Part shown: one piece after another, positions 36,249 to 54,826 of the stretch
Numbering within the stretch: position 1 is the stretch's first letter
How the letters are laid out: every line of letters begins with the position of its first letter
Source of the DNA: Salpingoeca rosetta
Taxonomy: Eukaryota; Protista; Choanoflagellata
Assembly: GCA_033442325.1 (NCBI GenBank)
Contig: JAWQFM010000003.1
Coordinates: 1,768,148 to 1,832,147 of the forward strand
Direction of reading: 5' to 3'
DNA length: 64,000 nucleotides
Made by a program: the position numbers and the translations under genes
Notes under the pieces: generated by a model
What the model saw: the letters and a program-made list of their open reading frames with translations, nothing else
Told to the model about the DNA's origin: nothing
The model's database searches: none

Positions 36249-39200
36249 ACAACAGCAGCAGCAACAACAACAACGCACCATGAACTTTGGGCACCCTGGA
36301 ACACGGCACTCCCACGAGAAGTTGGCTGCAGCAGGAGGCAAGGCAAAGACAACAAAACGAAACCACGGATACAAGTCAACGGCAATGTTGAAGAAGAACC
36401 AGCAATTTTACATGCGCGTGCTCCGCAACACATCAAGCACTCCCCCCCCCCACACACACACAGCCACGCGTGCACACCATCGGCTGCAGCACCTTGAGAT
36501 TGCGGCTCCTCTCCAGCAAACGCGGATAGTGCTGGTGCCGCTGCTGGTAACGATGATGATGATAATGACGACGATTGTGGTTGCGTGAGCAAGCCTTCGT
36601 TTTGACCTCCACCAGCGTTGTGATTGTGTCCATGATGATCACTGCCCAGTGCATGCAGTGCCAAGTCCGACAGCTTTGGTCGCTTTGCCGCCAGCTCGCG
36701 TGCTGCTGCTGCTGTTGGCTCTGACGACGATGATGACGATGATGACAATGATGACGATGACAGCGGTGTTGCCGACGATGTCGCTGCGCTGCTCAAGCTG
36801 AACATTGTGTGGGTTGAGATTTGGGTGAAGAGAACGTCGTGAGTGCAAGAATAGATCAGTCATGACAGCAAGCATCGCTCACACCCACACAACCTGTCAC
36901 ACGCACACGCACACACAGCGCACATACATACACACGCACACACACGCACACACGCACACACATGCAATCAAGCTGGCACAAACACATACACTGACTCCCA
37001 ACACGTTCGCTCATTCACGCATCCACTCATTCATTCACTCACAACACACACACACATCACAACACACAACACACACCACACAACACAACACACAACACCA
37101 CACACAGCGCAGCGACCATGCCGACCTGCCGAGGAAGTCGAGTGTCTTCTGGTGCATGGCTGTGAGCCCGGATCCGTTTGCGCCCGTCTTGAGCAGCATC
37201 GTCCCCTCAAACGCCTTGATTGTCTCCGTGATGCACAACTTCGTCGTCTCCAGCAGCGCCTGCTCCTTGTGGAAGAACAACTGGCGGCAGCAGTGGTGAC
37301 CGTCGTTGAGTGTGGATGTGGTGACAATGTGAGAGTGAGAGCATGGTCGAAGATGTGTGTGTGTGTGTGTGTCAACAGCATGCGAGCACATGCACACACA
37401 CACTTGCACACACACGCACACACACCCTTGCACACACACACACACACTTGCACACACACACTTGCACGCACACACACCCTTGCACACACACACACACGCG
37501 CACACACGCGCACACACACGCGCACACACGTACGCACCGTGCGCTTGTCAGGGGTGACGTTGACGTCGACCTCCTGCTGCGGCATATGCAGATGCGCAAC
37601 AACAAACGGGTACTGGTTCTTGTTGTATGCACGATACGCCTCATTCACCGCGCGCGAGAGCTTTGCAAATTCGCACGGCCGCTGGTTGATGAAGAAGAAC
37701 TGGCGGTCTGGGGAGGAGCGGCCCAGCGTCTGCATTGGCTTGGACACATAGCCAGACACCTTCAGGCCGGGCAGCGGCCCATCGACAGTCTTGATCTCCG
37801 TCAGCGTCTTGGTCTGGTGGCAACAATGAAGCGTTGTCGGGTGTCGAGGATGTGGGTGGCAAGGATGAGTCAAGTACAATAACCAACACCTTGACGCAGG
37901 CGCAGCACAAACACGCACACACATGCACACACACACACACACATTCGCACGCACACACACACACACACGCACACACATGCACACACACACACACAAGCAC
38001 GTACGCACATGCACACACGCACACACATACACACGCGCACGTACGTACGCACATGCACACACACGCACTTGTGCATGTGCATCCACAAATGGAAGACTGC
38101 ACGAGAACAATGGCAAACTGCACCGTTTTGCTGCCAAAGAGCGCCGTCGCGACATCGAGGACAGAGGCGTCACCACCGCGGGTTTTGAGCACAAGACGGC
38201 GGGCGCTGTTGCCCTGGATGTGGGTCAGGCTGAACTGCACATCAGGGCGCACCATACAGTACCCTTGCAACATGCTCACCAGTTTGGCAAACTCCTTTTT
38301 TGAATGCGGTCAACATGGACACGTGGCAGAGGACAAGTGACAGACAGAGGTTGGATGGTGAGCAAAAGGACAAGCGACGGTGCTGCTGGCGATGGCGCTG
38401 TCGACATAAGACAGCAAGTATGGGCCTTGCAACAACGAAGGAAGAATCACGCAAAGCAAGACGCGCCATATGCACCACACACAACAGCAGCAGGGATCGT
38501 ACCCTCTTCTTGTGTTTGCGGAGTTCTGTCAATCGCACGGGCAGGCTGTGGAAGAGGTTGGCAATCTTCACTGTCGTTCCCCGCTGCACGAGAACGCGCA
38601 TTGGCGAGGTGGGGGCGGGGTGGGAGTCGGCCAGCAAAGAATAGAAGGTGAGCACATGGCATCCAACCAAGCGCACCGTGCAGAAACACCATATCCCCAA
38701 CAAAACGAAACAACCAACACACCAACACACCAGCAACCAACTGAAGCAGCAAACAAACAAACAAACAAACAAACACATCGGCACAGGACCAGACACACCT
38801 CCCGAGCGCAGGGTTTCTTGGCTGCGAGCTCGCCGTCAGCGTCGTAGTGGAGGTCGTGGCCGGCGCCGGAGCTGCTCGTGCTCGTCGTCACCGTCAACTC
38901 ACTGTGCAAACAGAGAAGCGAACGATCGTGCACATTGGGGCGGAGTTGCCACATCGCATCGCATCGGCGCAGTGACTGTGAATGACACGGCTGGGACCCT
39001 CAAAGCAAAACATAAAACAACCACAAAGATCCCAAACAGTCCATGTACTTGCTCACATGTACTCGCTCACAGAAACGCTTCCTTGTTCACGCACGCACAC
39101 GCACACCACGCACCTGACTGCACACAAGGAGCTGAGGGCTTCGCCGCGAAACCCAAAGGTGCCGACGGTCTCCAGGTCTTCAAACTGCGCAATCTTCGAC

Positions 39201-39869
39201 GTGTGGTGCTTCTTGGCTGTGTGATGGACGACATTTGAGTGAGTTGAGGGCGTGTAGTGTACACAGGGGCCGCGCAGGCACACACACACACACACACAAG
39301 CACACACAAGCACACACAAACAAGCACACACAAACAAGCACACACACAAACGCACACGCACACAAGCACACACGCACACAAGCACACACGCACACAAACA
39401 AGGAACGAGTAATGCGTTGTGAGACACACCGAGGCTGGCAAAGTTGCTGTCCTCAATCCCGCTGCCATCATCAGCCACCTCAATGTAATCCAGGCCATAG
39501 TCCTTGGCCTTTATGGCTGTCCACGATGCATTGTGCGTGCGCGCGTGAGAGGGTGTGTGTGTGTATGTGTGTATGTGTGTGTGTGTGTGTGTGTGTGTAT
39601 AGCCATCATGTGTGCGAGGGACGCAACAGACATGCACGAGAGGCGGCATCAGTTTCGACACAACAACAGATGCACAGGCAGCCACACAGCAACAGCAGCT
39701 GCTGCAGCAACTTCAAAGAGCGATGATCGTAATGCCCCAACGCACTGATGGTCTTGGCGCCGGCATCCAGCCCATTTTCCACAATCTCCTTCAGTGCCAC
39801 GGACAGCGACAACACGACCTGGCCAGAACAGATGCGATGCACATCCTCCCTCCGTATCTGCCGGATCAT
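33002..39869 (-). CDS. PMS2: Mismatch-repair endonuclease PMS2 (MutL family)
   Basis: [93 protein letters not shown], endonuclease motif DQ|[23 protein letters not shown] and [14 protein letters not shown]. Confidence 0.96.
36076..36273. repeat. (CAA/CAG)n trinucleotide tract in a PMS2 intron
   Basis: About 200 nt of CAA/CAG lying between PMS2 exons on the opposite strand. Confidence 0.9.
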
Positions 39870-39870
39870 C

Positions 39871-40086
<216 letters not shown>

Positions 40087-40137
40087 GGGGGCTTTGGTTG
40101 GCTGGTGTGTGTGCTCGTTGTCTCCAGCGCGCCGTTT

Positions 40138-40171
40138 GTTTGTTTGGCGCGGCAGTGGCTGTGAAGATTGG
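40138..40171. promoter_or_regulatory. Candidate E2F site plus CCAAT box upstream of PMS2
   Basis: GTTTGTTTGGCGCGG at 40138-40152 and ATTGG at 40167-40171. Confidence 0.45.
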
Positions 40172-40187
40172 TGGAAGATGTTCATAA

Positions 40188-40193
40188 TTTATT
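40188..40193 (-). promoter_or_regulatory. Candidate polyadenylation signal AATAAA of GTPBP3
   Basis: TTTATT on the + strand, 2 nt after the stop codon, in a locally AT-rich patch. Confidence 0.45.
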
Positions 40194-40195
40194 CT

Positions 40196-41372
40196 TTACT
40201 TGCCAATACAGAACTCTGCGAACAACTCGTCCAGAATGTCTTCGAGGTGCACAGAGCCGAGGATGAGGCCAAGTTCGTTGAGTGCAAAGCGCATCATCTG
40301 CGCCCTGGACACAATATCCACTTCCCCATACTCCTGTTGGCACGAAAGCGTGGGCGTACATGCAAGTCAGGCACGAGAAAGAGGAGCGAGGCTTTGTTGT
40401 GAGAAGACAAGGGGGGTGGAGGAGGATGAGAGAAGAGGGGGGGGGGGCAGGAGGGAAACGGTGGCAACGCTGTCATGTCATATGATTACGAGGACAGTGA
40501 AGGCATATACACACACATGTACACACGCACATGAATAGATGTATGCATACACGCACATATACACACGCACATGTATGCATACACGCGCACTCACTCACTC
40601 ACGCACGCATATGTACACACATGTATGCACAACACACACAAACACGAACACACACGGGATGCTTTAACCTTTGCTTCCTTGAGGTATTGCAGGCAGGTTG
40701 CAACGTGTTGACGATGGCGCTCGCGCGTGATGACCACGTCTGTGCCGCTGCTTCCAGCACCTTCGCTGCACAGCCGACGCACACGATCTTCCAGCGCTTC
40801 AAGGAAGGCCGGCAACCCTTGCTCCGTCTTGCACGACAGCCGAAACACGGCCAGCCCTTGGTCGCAGTGTGATGACGCTGTTGGTGTCCATGTTGTTGGC
40901 GACGCGTCAGCATCACTGCCAAAGTCTGGGGTGCTGCTGATATCTGTTTTGTTGAGGATCACGAGCGTCTCGCCCTCGTTTGCCTGCGTGCAGTGGCACG
41001 GCCCTTGCCCACCCGGCAGCGAGGAGCAGCGGGATGAGGGCGGCTGTGAGCTGTCCTGGACACACACGCGCAAGTCTGCCTGTCGCGCTGCCTCTGTCGC
41101 TCGACGAACACCCTGTTGTGACAAAATGGGAGGCAGGGAAGAGAGAGAGAGAGAGAGGCAGGGAACCATGGGTGAGTGGTGTGGCTGCTGCGTTGATGGT
41201 GTGTGAGGTTGTCGTTCGGTGCACACATCTCACTCTAATCTCTACCTAGAGCAAAGACGAATCTTCAGCCATCACCACCACTGCTGCTGCTGCCACTGCT
41301 GCCACTGCTGCCACTGCTGCTTGCTGCTGTTGCTACCATCATGCGACCATCATCATCATCATCATCATCATT

Positions 41373-41425
<53 letters not shown>

Positions 41426-41426
41426 T

Positions 41427-41473
<47 letters not shown>

Positions 41474-41928
41474 NNNNNNNNNNNNNNNNNNNNNNNNNNN
41501 NNNNNNNNNNNNNNNNNNNNNNNNNNNNNNNNNNNNNNNNNNNNNNNNNNNNNNNNNNNNNNNNNNNNNNNNNNNNNNNNNNNNNNNNNNNNNNNNNNNN
41601 NNNNNNNNNNNNNNNNNNNNNNNNNNNNNNNNNNNNNNNNNNNNNNNNNNNNNNNNNNNNNNNNNNNNNNNNNNNNNNNNNNNNNNNNNNNNNNNNNNNN
41701 NNNNNNNNNNNNNNNNNNNNNNNNNNNNNNNNNNNNNNNNNNNNNNNNNNNNNNNNNNNNNNNNNNNNNNNNNNNNNNNNNNNNNNNNNNNNNNNNNNNN
41801 NNNNNNNNNNNNNNNNNNNNNNNNNNNNNNNNNNNNNNNNNNNNNNNNNNNNNNNNNNNNNNNNNNNNNNNNNNNNNNNNNNNNNNNNNNNNNNNNNNNN
41901 NNNNNNNNNNNNNNNNNNNNNNNNNNCG

Positions 41929-42010
<82 letters not shown>

Positions 42011-43493
42011 TGAAGGCACGCAAGTCAGCAACGGAAGCAGCACGCGCCATTGAGCCTGAAGAACAACAAGGCACGCACTCCTCCCCGTCACCATCAGTGC
42101 ACACACTCCTCCCCCTTCACCATTAAACACACACACACAGTGTGCGTCAAGTGTCCATACACACCGCTTGGTCGACACGAGCGGTGACATCCTCCTCGAT
42201 GTTCTCCTCCTCGCTAAAGTCAATGTACGCCTCAATCTGCGCAACAGCCCGGAGCAGCGTCGATTTCCACGTCTGGTACACCTTACTTGCTTTCCCAGCT
42301 GCAGCACAAACGAGAGAAGTGGGGTTGGGAGTTGGTGGAATGTAAGATTTGGAGGAGGGGGAGAGTGGGTAGAGTGGGCAGAGTGGGTATGGTGCCATCA
42401 CAGTGCACGGGGAGCAACAGGAAAGAGCTGGTGCGGTGGATCACACATACTCATGTATGATAATGCTTGTTTACGCTGCTGTTCCGTTTCAGCTGTAATT
42501 AGATCTGATAAGCCTTCCACCTGAAACGCAGGAGCGACATAACCAGGGCCAAGCAAGCACAGCCGGAGATGTGAGTTTGGGCCAGGACTGCACTGGCGTT
42601 GATCAAGGCCAATGGGGGGGGGGGAAAAGGGCCAGCAAGCGCAGCTGATGAACAACGTAATTCAGGGGAGAAATGAAGGTGCAGGGGCAAGCAAATATGC
42701 AAGTACGCGCACCTGTGTCAGGTCCATGCGATCATTCCAAAAGGAGCGGCGTGTAAACTCGCCCGGCTCTGCGTGGCGCAAACCCTCCACGCCTTCCAGG
42801 GCCTTTAATACAGATGACACAACAGCATTTCCTCCGTGGACCTGGAACTCAGCAATGGCCTGCATCATCACCAGAAGCAGCAGCAACAGGTGAGTGACCG
42901 CCTGTGTTGGGGATAGTTCCGGGCGGCAAGGGTTGGGAAAGGCAAGGACAAGTGTACGCACGCACGCACGCACGCACGCGTGCAACAAGAGTGTACATGC
43001 AAGTGCAGGCGTGCAAGTGCACATCAGCACAGGTTCGCACGCAAGCACATGCACATGCATATACACGCACGCACTTGCACATGCACGCACGCACTTGCAC
43101 ATACACGCACACACTTGCACATACACGCACACACTTGCACATGCACTCACATGCACACATGCACACACACACATGCACTCACATGCACATGCACATACAC
43201 ACACAAATACACACTTGCACATGCACATACACACGCACCTCGCCGGTAAAGCTGTGGCCTTCGTCAAACCTTAGTACAAGGGCATGGTCTAACATGTCAC
43301 CGGAGAGGGGATCAAACAGCTTGCGCACGCTGGCCAGCCGCGCTGGTGGCGCCGCCGCCTTTGTCAGCTGCGTGATGCTATCGTGAGCCTGTGGTCCAGA
43401 CACGCGAATAACGGCTACGCCAGCCCTCACTCCCCCAGATGACAGGGCGAAGATGGTCTCGCCCTGTCCCAACAGCCGCAACGCCCGCCGCAT
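40196..43493 (-). CDS. GTPBP3: Mitochondrial tRNA-modification GTPase GTPBP3/MnmE (MSS1); the G1-G3 exons presumably fall in the assembly gap
   Basis: [48 protein letters not shown]|[40 protein letters not shown]. The terminal exon ends [15 protein letters not shown] (TAA at 40198-40196). Confidence 0.93.
41348..41473. repeat. (CAT)n trinucleotide tract running into the assembly gap
   Basis: Direct reading of the sequence. Confidence 0.9.
41474..41926. other. Assembly gap inside GTPBP3
   Basis: Run of N flanked by microsatellites. Confidence 1.
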
Positions 43494-43613
43494 GTTCCCG
43501 TGTTGTGGTGGAGGTTGCTGGTTGGTGCACACAACCTGTCGCAGCGCCAAACAAACGTGGTTGTAGAGGATTTGTGAATGATTTCAATAAACAGTCGCTG
43601 GCGGGGAAAACGA
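43494..43613. promoter_or_regulatory. Compact bidirectional promoter between GTPBP3 and the PHF10-like gene
   Basis: Divergent ATGs are 120 nt apart. The spacer contains GCGCCAAACAAAC and GGCGGGGAAAA. Confidence 0.6.
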
Positions 43614-49580
<5,967 letters not shown>

Positions 49581-49629
49581 GATGTGTGCCTGTGTGTGTG
49601 TGTGTGTGTGTGTGTGCATGTTTGTGTGC

Positions 49630-49668
<39 letters not shown>

Positions 49669-50055
49669 CGTAAACGTGTGTCTGTCTGTGTCAGTGCGTA
49701 AATGTACACCTGTTTGTACATCTGCGTCTGTGTTGCTCTTTCTCCCTTTCTCTCTTTGTCCGTCAATAGTGACGTCGACGTCAGTTTGTTGTGATGCACT
49801 GGCCGTGTTGGAGAGGGGGGGGGATCACACTCTGGTTCATTATATGGAACAATGGATACGCATGTACAAGGTGAGCAGACACAACAACCACATCGCATAT
49901 GTATCATATTAGGAAGAGAGAGGGTAACAATGACAGAGTAAGCAACCACACACACACACACGCACGCACGCACACAAGCCAGCATGCACGTCAAAGGACA
50001 ATCAAACGGGACAGCAAACAACAGCATTGAGGCCAGACGAGATTGTTTCGTGTGC

Positions 50056-51557
50056 TTAAGGTGACCGTTCTCGCTCCTGCTGCTGCTGTTGGTGTTGTTC
50101 TTGTAGTGGTTGCTGCTGCTGTTCTTGTTCTTGGTGTCGTTGTTCATCTTGTTCTTGCTCCTGTTCTCGCTCTCGTTCTTGGTGCTGTGCTAGTTCGTGC
50201 TCGCCCTTCGCGTCACGCTGCAGCGGCTGGTGTTGCTTTTGTTGCACTGTTCGCCTCTGCCCCTCCTCAACGGTTGCTGCATCACCATGGACAACAGCTG
50301 TCCCACGCTCGTGGCGGTGGCCGCCACCCATGTCATCAGCATGATCATCATCATCGCCATCATCATCATCGTCATCTTCATCATCACCATCATCATCATC
50401 ACCGCCATAACGCTCCGTCCACATGTGCCGCAGCGGGAGCAGCTTGGGCGGCAATCCCACGTCGTCGTCGCACGCATGCAGCTGTCGGAAAATGCTCTCT
50501 GCATCCGACAGGACGGTTGCCGCGTCCATGTGCATCGCCATGTCGTTGAACGTCTGCACGAGAAGGGAGGGAAGGTTGGGAAGGGGCAAAGTTGGGGGGG
50601 GGGGGGGGTTGAAGCGAAAGAGGGTATCGTGGGTGAGGGCTGAGACGGTGTGATTGGAGTGTGATGCAGATGCAGATGCAGATGCGCACACGCAGCAATC
50701 AAGTAACACACGCGTATGCAAAGCCACAACAGGCACGGACGCAACTGCAGCAGATGCAGATGCAGCAGATGCAGTAGATGCAGATGCAGATGCACACACA
50801 CACACAGGAATACACACACGCACACAGGAATACACACACAGGAATACACACAGAGGAATACACATACACACACACAGAGCGTGGACGTGCCTTGAGGATG
50901 TCGTCGTAGGCCATGTTCTCTGCGAGGATGCGATCGCGCACGGAAAGAATGATGGCGGCGCAGATGAACACCGCAAAGTCCTCGGACAGGTACTCCGTCC
51001 ACACGGCCTGAAGGGGATTCGATGGTGTCGTGTGGGAAGAAAGGGATACGTGTGAGTGGAACATGAGAACAACACATGCACACAACACAACGCACACGCA
51101 TACGCGATAGCCAACACATGTGCACACACGAGACGCGCACACGACACAACACGCACAACACGCAACGCACCTCCCAGATGGCCATGGCGTCCGTGTACTT
51201 GAACTCGCGTTTGAAGAGCACAATGAGCCAGCGGAAGCAGAAGAAGAGGTGGTTGGAGCCGTGCTCATCAAAGTGTGCCATCAATTCTGTGGGGGTGGGG
51301 GTGGGTGGAAGAAAGAAAGACATAGTTAGCAAGCGGAAACACACGCACTCGCGCAGGCGTGCAGACAGTCACAAAACCACCGCAGGCGTGCAGGCACACA
51401 CACACACAACCACACTCCCACACACACACACACACACACACACACTCTCTCTCTCTCNNNNNNNNNNNNNNNNNNNNNNNNNNNNNNNNNNNNNNNNNNN
51501 NNNNNNNNNNNNNNNNNNNNNNNNNNNNNNNNNNNNNNNNNNNNNNNNNNNNNNNNN

Positions 51558-51636
<79 letters not shown>

Positions 51637-52226
51637 TTCTCTCTCTCTCTCTCTCCCACACACAAACACACACACACACAACACACACATGTACGCATGT
51701 TGAGTGAACATGCCCACCTGGGTCGATGTACTTGAGCAGATTCGCCAAGAGCCCGAGCTGGTGCACAATTCCAGATTGCGTTTGATCAAAGTTGACGGCG
51801 CGCCGATCCATCCAGTCAACAAAACACCAGAACGTGGACACCTCATCCTGCAGCACCGCATACAGCATCGCGGCAACATCGCTCATGCCCTGCACATACC
51901 CTGCACGCACACGCACACATATGAAATTAGATGCAGAGGGGGAAGAGCGCCTGATGCACGGACAAGTCTTCCACCACAGTCATCAAGAACCAGCAGCGAT
52001 ATCGAAGGAGCGGGGACGCACCAAGATCCCAGTTGTACATGACGTAGGTGGTGAGGATGTTTGTGAGCGCCTGCAATCCTGGGCCCTTCTCATCTGCAAA
52101 CAACGGATGCACGCGGTCCGTTCGGCACACGTCCTTGGCGATGCTGCAGGATGGAGGCGACGGAATGTGTGTGTGTTGTGTGTGTGTGTTGTGTGTGTGT
52201 GTGTGTTGTGTGTGTGTGTGTGTGTG

Positions 52227-52261
<35 letters not shown>

Positions 52262-52556
52262 CAATGAAGTGAAGAGCAGTGGAGATTGAGAATGGCGTGG
52301 AACAGAGAAGAAATTGAAATGGGGGCAACGGGGCAGCGCATGTGCACGCATCATGTCAAGATGTGGGAAATACTCAACGTACAGGCTCTGTTGTTCCTTG
52401 AGGTGTTTGTTGTGCTCAAGCTGCTCCTCATACATGGAGTGCCACTGCATTCTCATCGTGTGATAACGCTGTGTCGCCTCGCGCACAGACTCTTCATCAC
52501 TGCCGGTGGTCGCGTTTGGGGGGGGGTGCCGGTGGTGGTGAGTAACAAGCACATTT

Positions 52557-52612
<56 letters not shown>

Positions 52613-53706
52613 TCGGCCTGCTTGTCTGCCTGCTTTTGTCTGTGGCTGGTTGTGTGCTCAAAAAACATGTGTGTGCAGGGCACGCGAATGCGAGCGAACG
52701 CAACTCACTCGTGAAAGTGCAAGAAGAACTTCCAGCCGCAGGCGCGTGCATCGGGCGCGAGTCCGCCCTTGAAGACGCGCCGGCGCAGCGCCACCTCCCG
52801 GACGAGGTTGCCGTTCTGGAAAAACGACTCCCACTCCTTGAGAGACACGGGCTCCTCGCGCTGGCACACCTCTCGCGGTGGCAGCGAGCTCGCCTGCAGG
52901 TGCAATGGTGGTGGTGAAGGACGGATGGGCATAATTCAACACACGCGCGCACGCGAACGACACGACAACAGTCACCGTCGTTGTCGTGTACACAACGCAC
53001 ACACACACACACCGCACACAATTGCATACAACCCACACGCACAAGCACAGACATCATACACACACACAAGCACAGACATCACACACACACACAGAGTAGT
53101 CGCGTACAGACGCACCAGGTAGATGACCTCTGCCTTGCCCATCTCGCCCATGTCCTCCGTTCCCCGGCAGACGACGTCTGCGCGGGGCGGGGACGTGGTT
53201 TGGCCCGCCCGGTCACGGCGGCGCCCGCGGTGCTTCTCTTCGTCGGGCGGTCTGGTGGTGCACCGTGGTGGTGGTGTGGGTGAGCGTGGGTGAGTGGGCA
53301 AAGGAGCAGGGCCAGGGAAAGCAGAAGAATGGGAATCAGGGCGGCGTGTAATACATATGAATGGGACGAGCAACAACGGGGGGGGGGTGGTGCAGTTCGG
53401 CACATGAACGTACAGGAACGTGACGCGGTTGGGCACACGGTCGGAGGTTGTGGGTTGGCCGAGCTGGCGAAACGCGTTGTAGAAATCAGCCACCGTGGAG
53501 AAGAAGTCGCCAAGCGAGGAGGTTTGTGGCTGGTGCACGTGTGTGTGTGTGTTGGGGGAGGGGGAAGGAAGGGGTAAGAACCGCGGCAATTGTTGTTGTT
53601 CTTGTGGGGTGGTGGTGGTGGTGAACCACATCTGAAGAATAAAACGAGCAAGGGTCAACACTCAATGAATCACCACACACACGCACACACACACGCACAC
53701 ACGCAC

Positions 53707-53781
<75 letters not shown>

Positions 53782-54553
53782 CACACGCACACACACACGC
53801 ACACACACGCACACACACACCTTTTCGAGGGTGTTGGGTTCCAAGATGCGGAGGTCTGCGAGTTTGTGGATGAGGCGGTCGTAGTCGGCTTGGGAGTCGA
53901 GCAGAAAGGGGCCTACGCTCTCGTGCTCGTTGAAGACAAATGACACGCGAGGCCCATTGCTGCGACTCAAGGAGGAGAGGCGGCACAGGTCAAACTCGAC
54001 CTGGTACTCCATGTTGGTGTCGATGGTGGGTGTCCATTTCAGGAACTGGCTGGCAGATCCTTTGGACAAGATGCGAAGGCGGCCTGGAATGAGGCCGCGA
54101 TGGCGCTCAAAGGGCTGCGTCTCCAATCGGGCAGGTTCAATACAGAGCAGCTGCAAACGTACAAACGGAAGAGCAAAGGGTCAGGAAGCGAGCGCGTGGG
54201 GGGGGGAGGATGGTTAGGGGGCGCAGAAGGAGGCGCAGAAGGAGGCGCAGAAGGAGGCGCAGAAGGAGGCGCAGAAGGAGGCGCAGAAGGAGGCGCAGAA
54301 GGAGGCGCAGAAGGAGGCGCAGAAGGAGGCGCAGAAGGAGGCGCAGAAGGAGGCGCAGAAGGAGGCGCAGAAGGAGGGAAAGGAAGGAAGGAAGGAAGGA
54401 AGGGAGATTCACGTCAATGTGAGCGTGGTTGTGACACACAAACACACACACACGCACACACACATGATGACAAACGGAGCAGAAAACAATACACGCGAAT
54501 CTCACCTCATCTTGCTCTGGAGCTTCGCTGGACGTTTGAGGGGACACCTCCAT
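50056..54553 (-). CDS. TBC1D15/TBC1D17 (Gyp7)-like Rab7 GTPase-activating protein
   Basis: Arg finger IAKDVCRTDR and Gln finger GYVQGMSD; LRRRVFKGGL, LTTYVMYNWDL, LFFCFRWLIVLFKREF, DILK|TFNDMAMHMD; N-terminal LIPGRLRIL..LKWTP resembles the TBC1D15 PH-like region. Start at ATG 54553 is inferred. Confidence 0.88.
51458..51557. other. Assembly gap (100 N) inside a (CT)n tract in a TBC gene intron
   Basis: Run of N. Confidence 1.
54217..54377. repeat. 12-bp minisatellite (GGAGGCGCAGAA)~13 in intron 1 of the TBC gene
   Basis: Perfect tandem copies between the first and second TBC exons. Confidence 0.92.
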
Positions 54554-54826
54554 GTATGCGGTTGTGCGTGTCAATAGGAGCGGAAGTTGGAGCGGCTGTG
54601 GATGCAACAGAAGGGGGCAGGAAGGAGGCAGGAACCAACAGCAGCAGTTTGGTTGTTGACGTTGAGAGTGATGGCTTGTTGCTTGTTTGGAGGCGGAAAT
54701 GCGCCAAGGAAGCAAGAGGGGAAATGCAAACAGAAAGCCATCGACAACTGTGATGACTCATCAAATACCAGTTTGTGCTGTCGCAACAAAGAATCTTCGA
54801 CGGTGTTGCAATCCAACCAATCCAAC

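Noticed and set aside
35941-36588. 215-aa poly-Q ORF on the + strand
   Set aside because: It is a CAA/CAG tract antisense to a PMS2 intron and exon, with no domain content.
41474-41926. GTPBP3 appears to lack the G1-G3 GTPase motifs
   Set aside because: The missing part coincides with an assembly gap, so it is not evidence of domain loss.
54217-54377. Poly-Arg or (GGAE)n ORFs and a CRISPR-like appearance of the 12-, 22- and 29-bp repeats
   Set aside because: These are head-to-tail tandem repeats without unique spacers, located in introns, with no cas genes, in a eukaryote.
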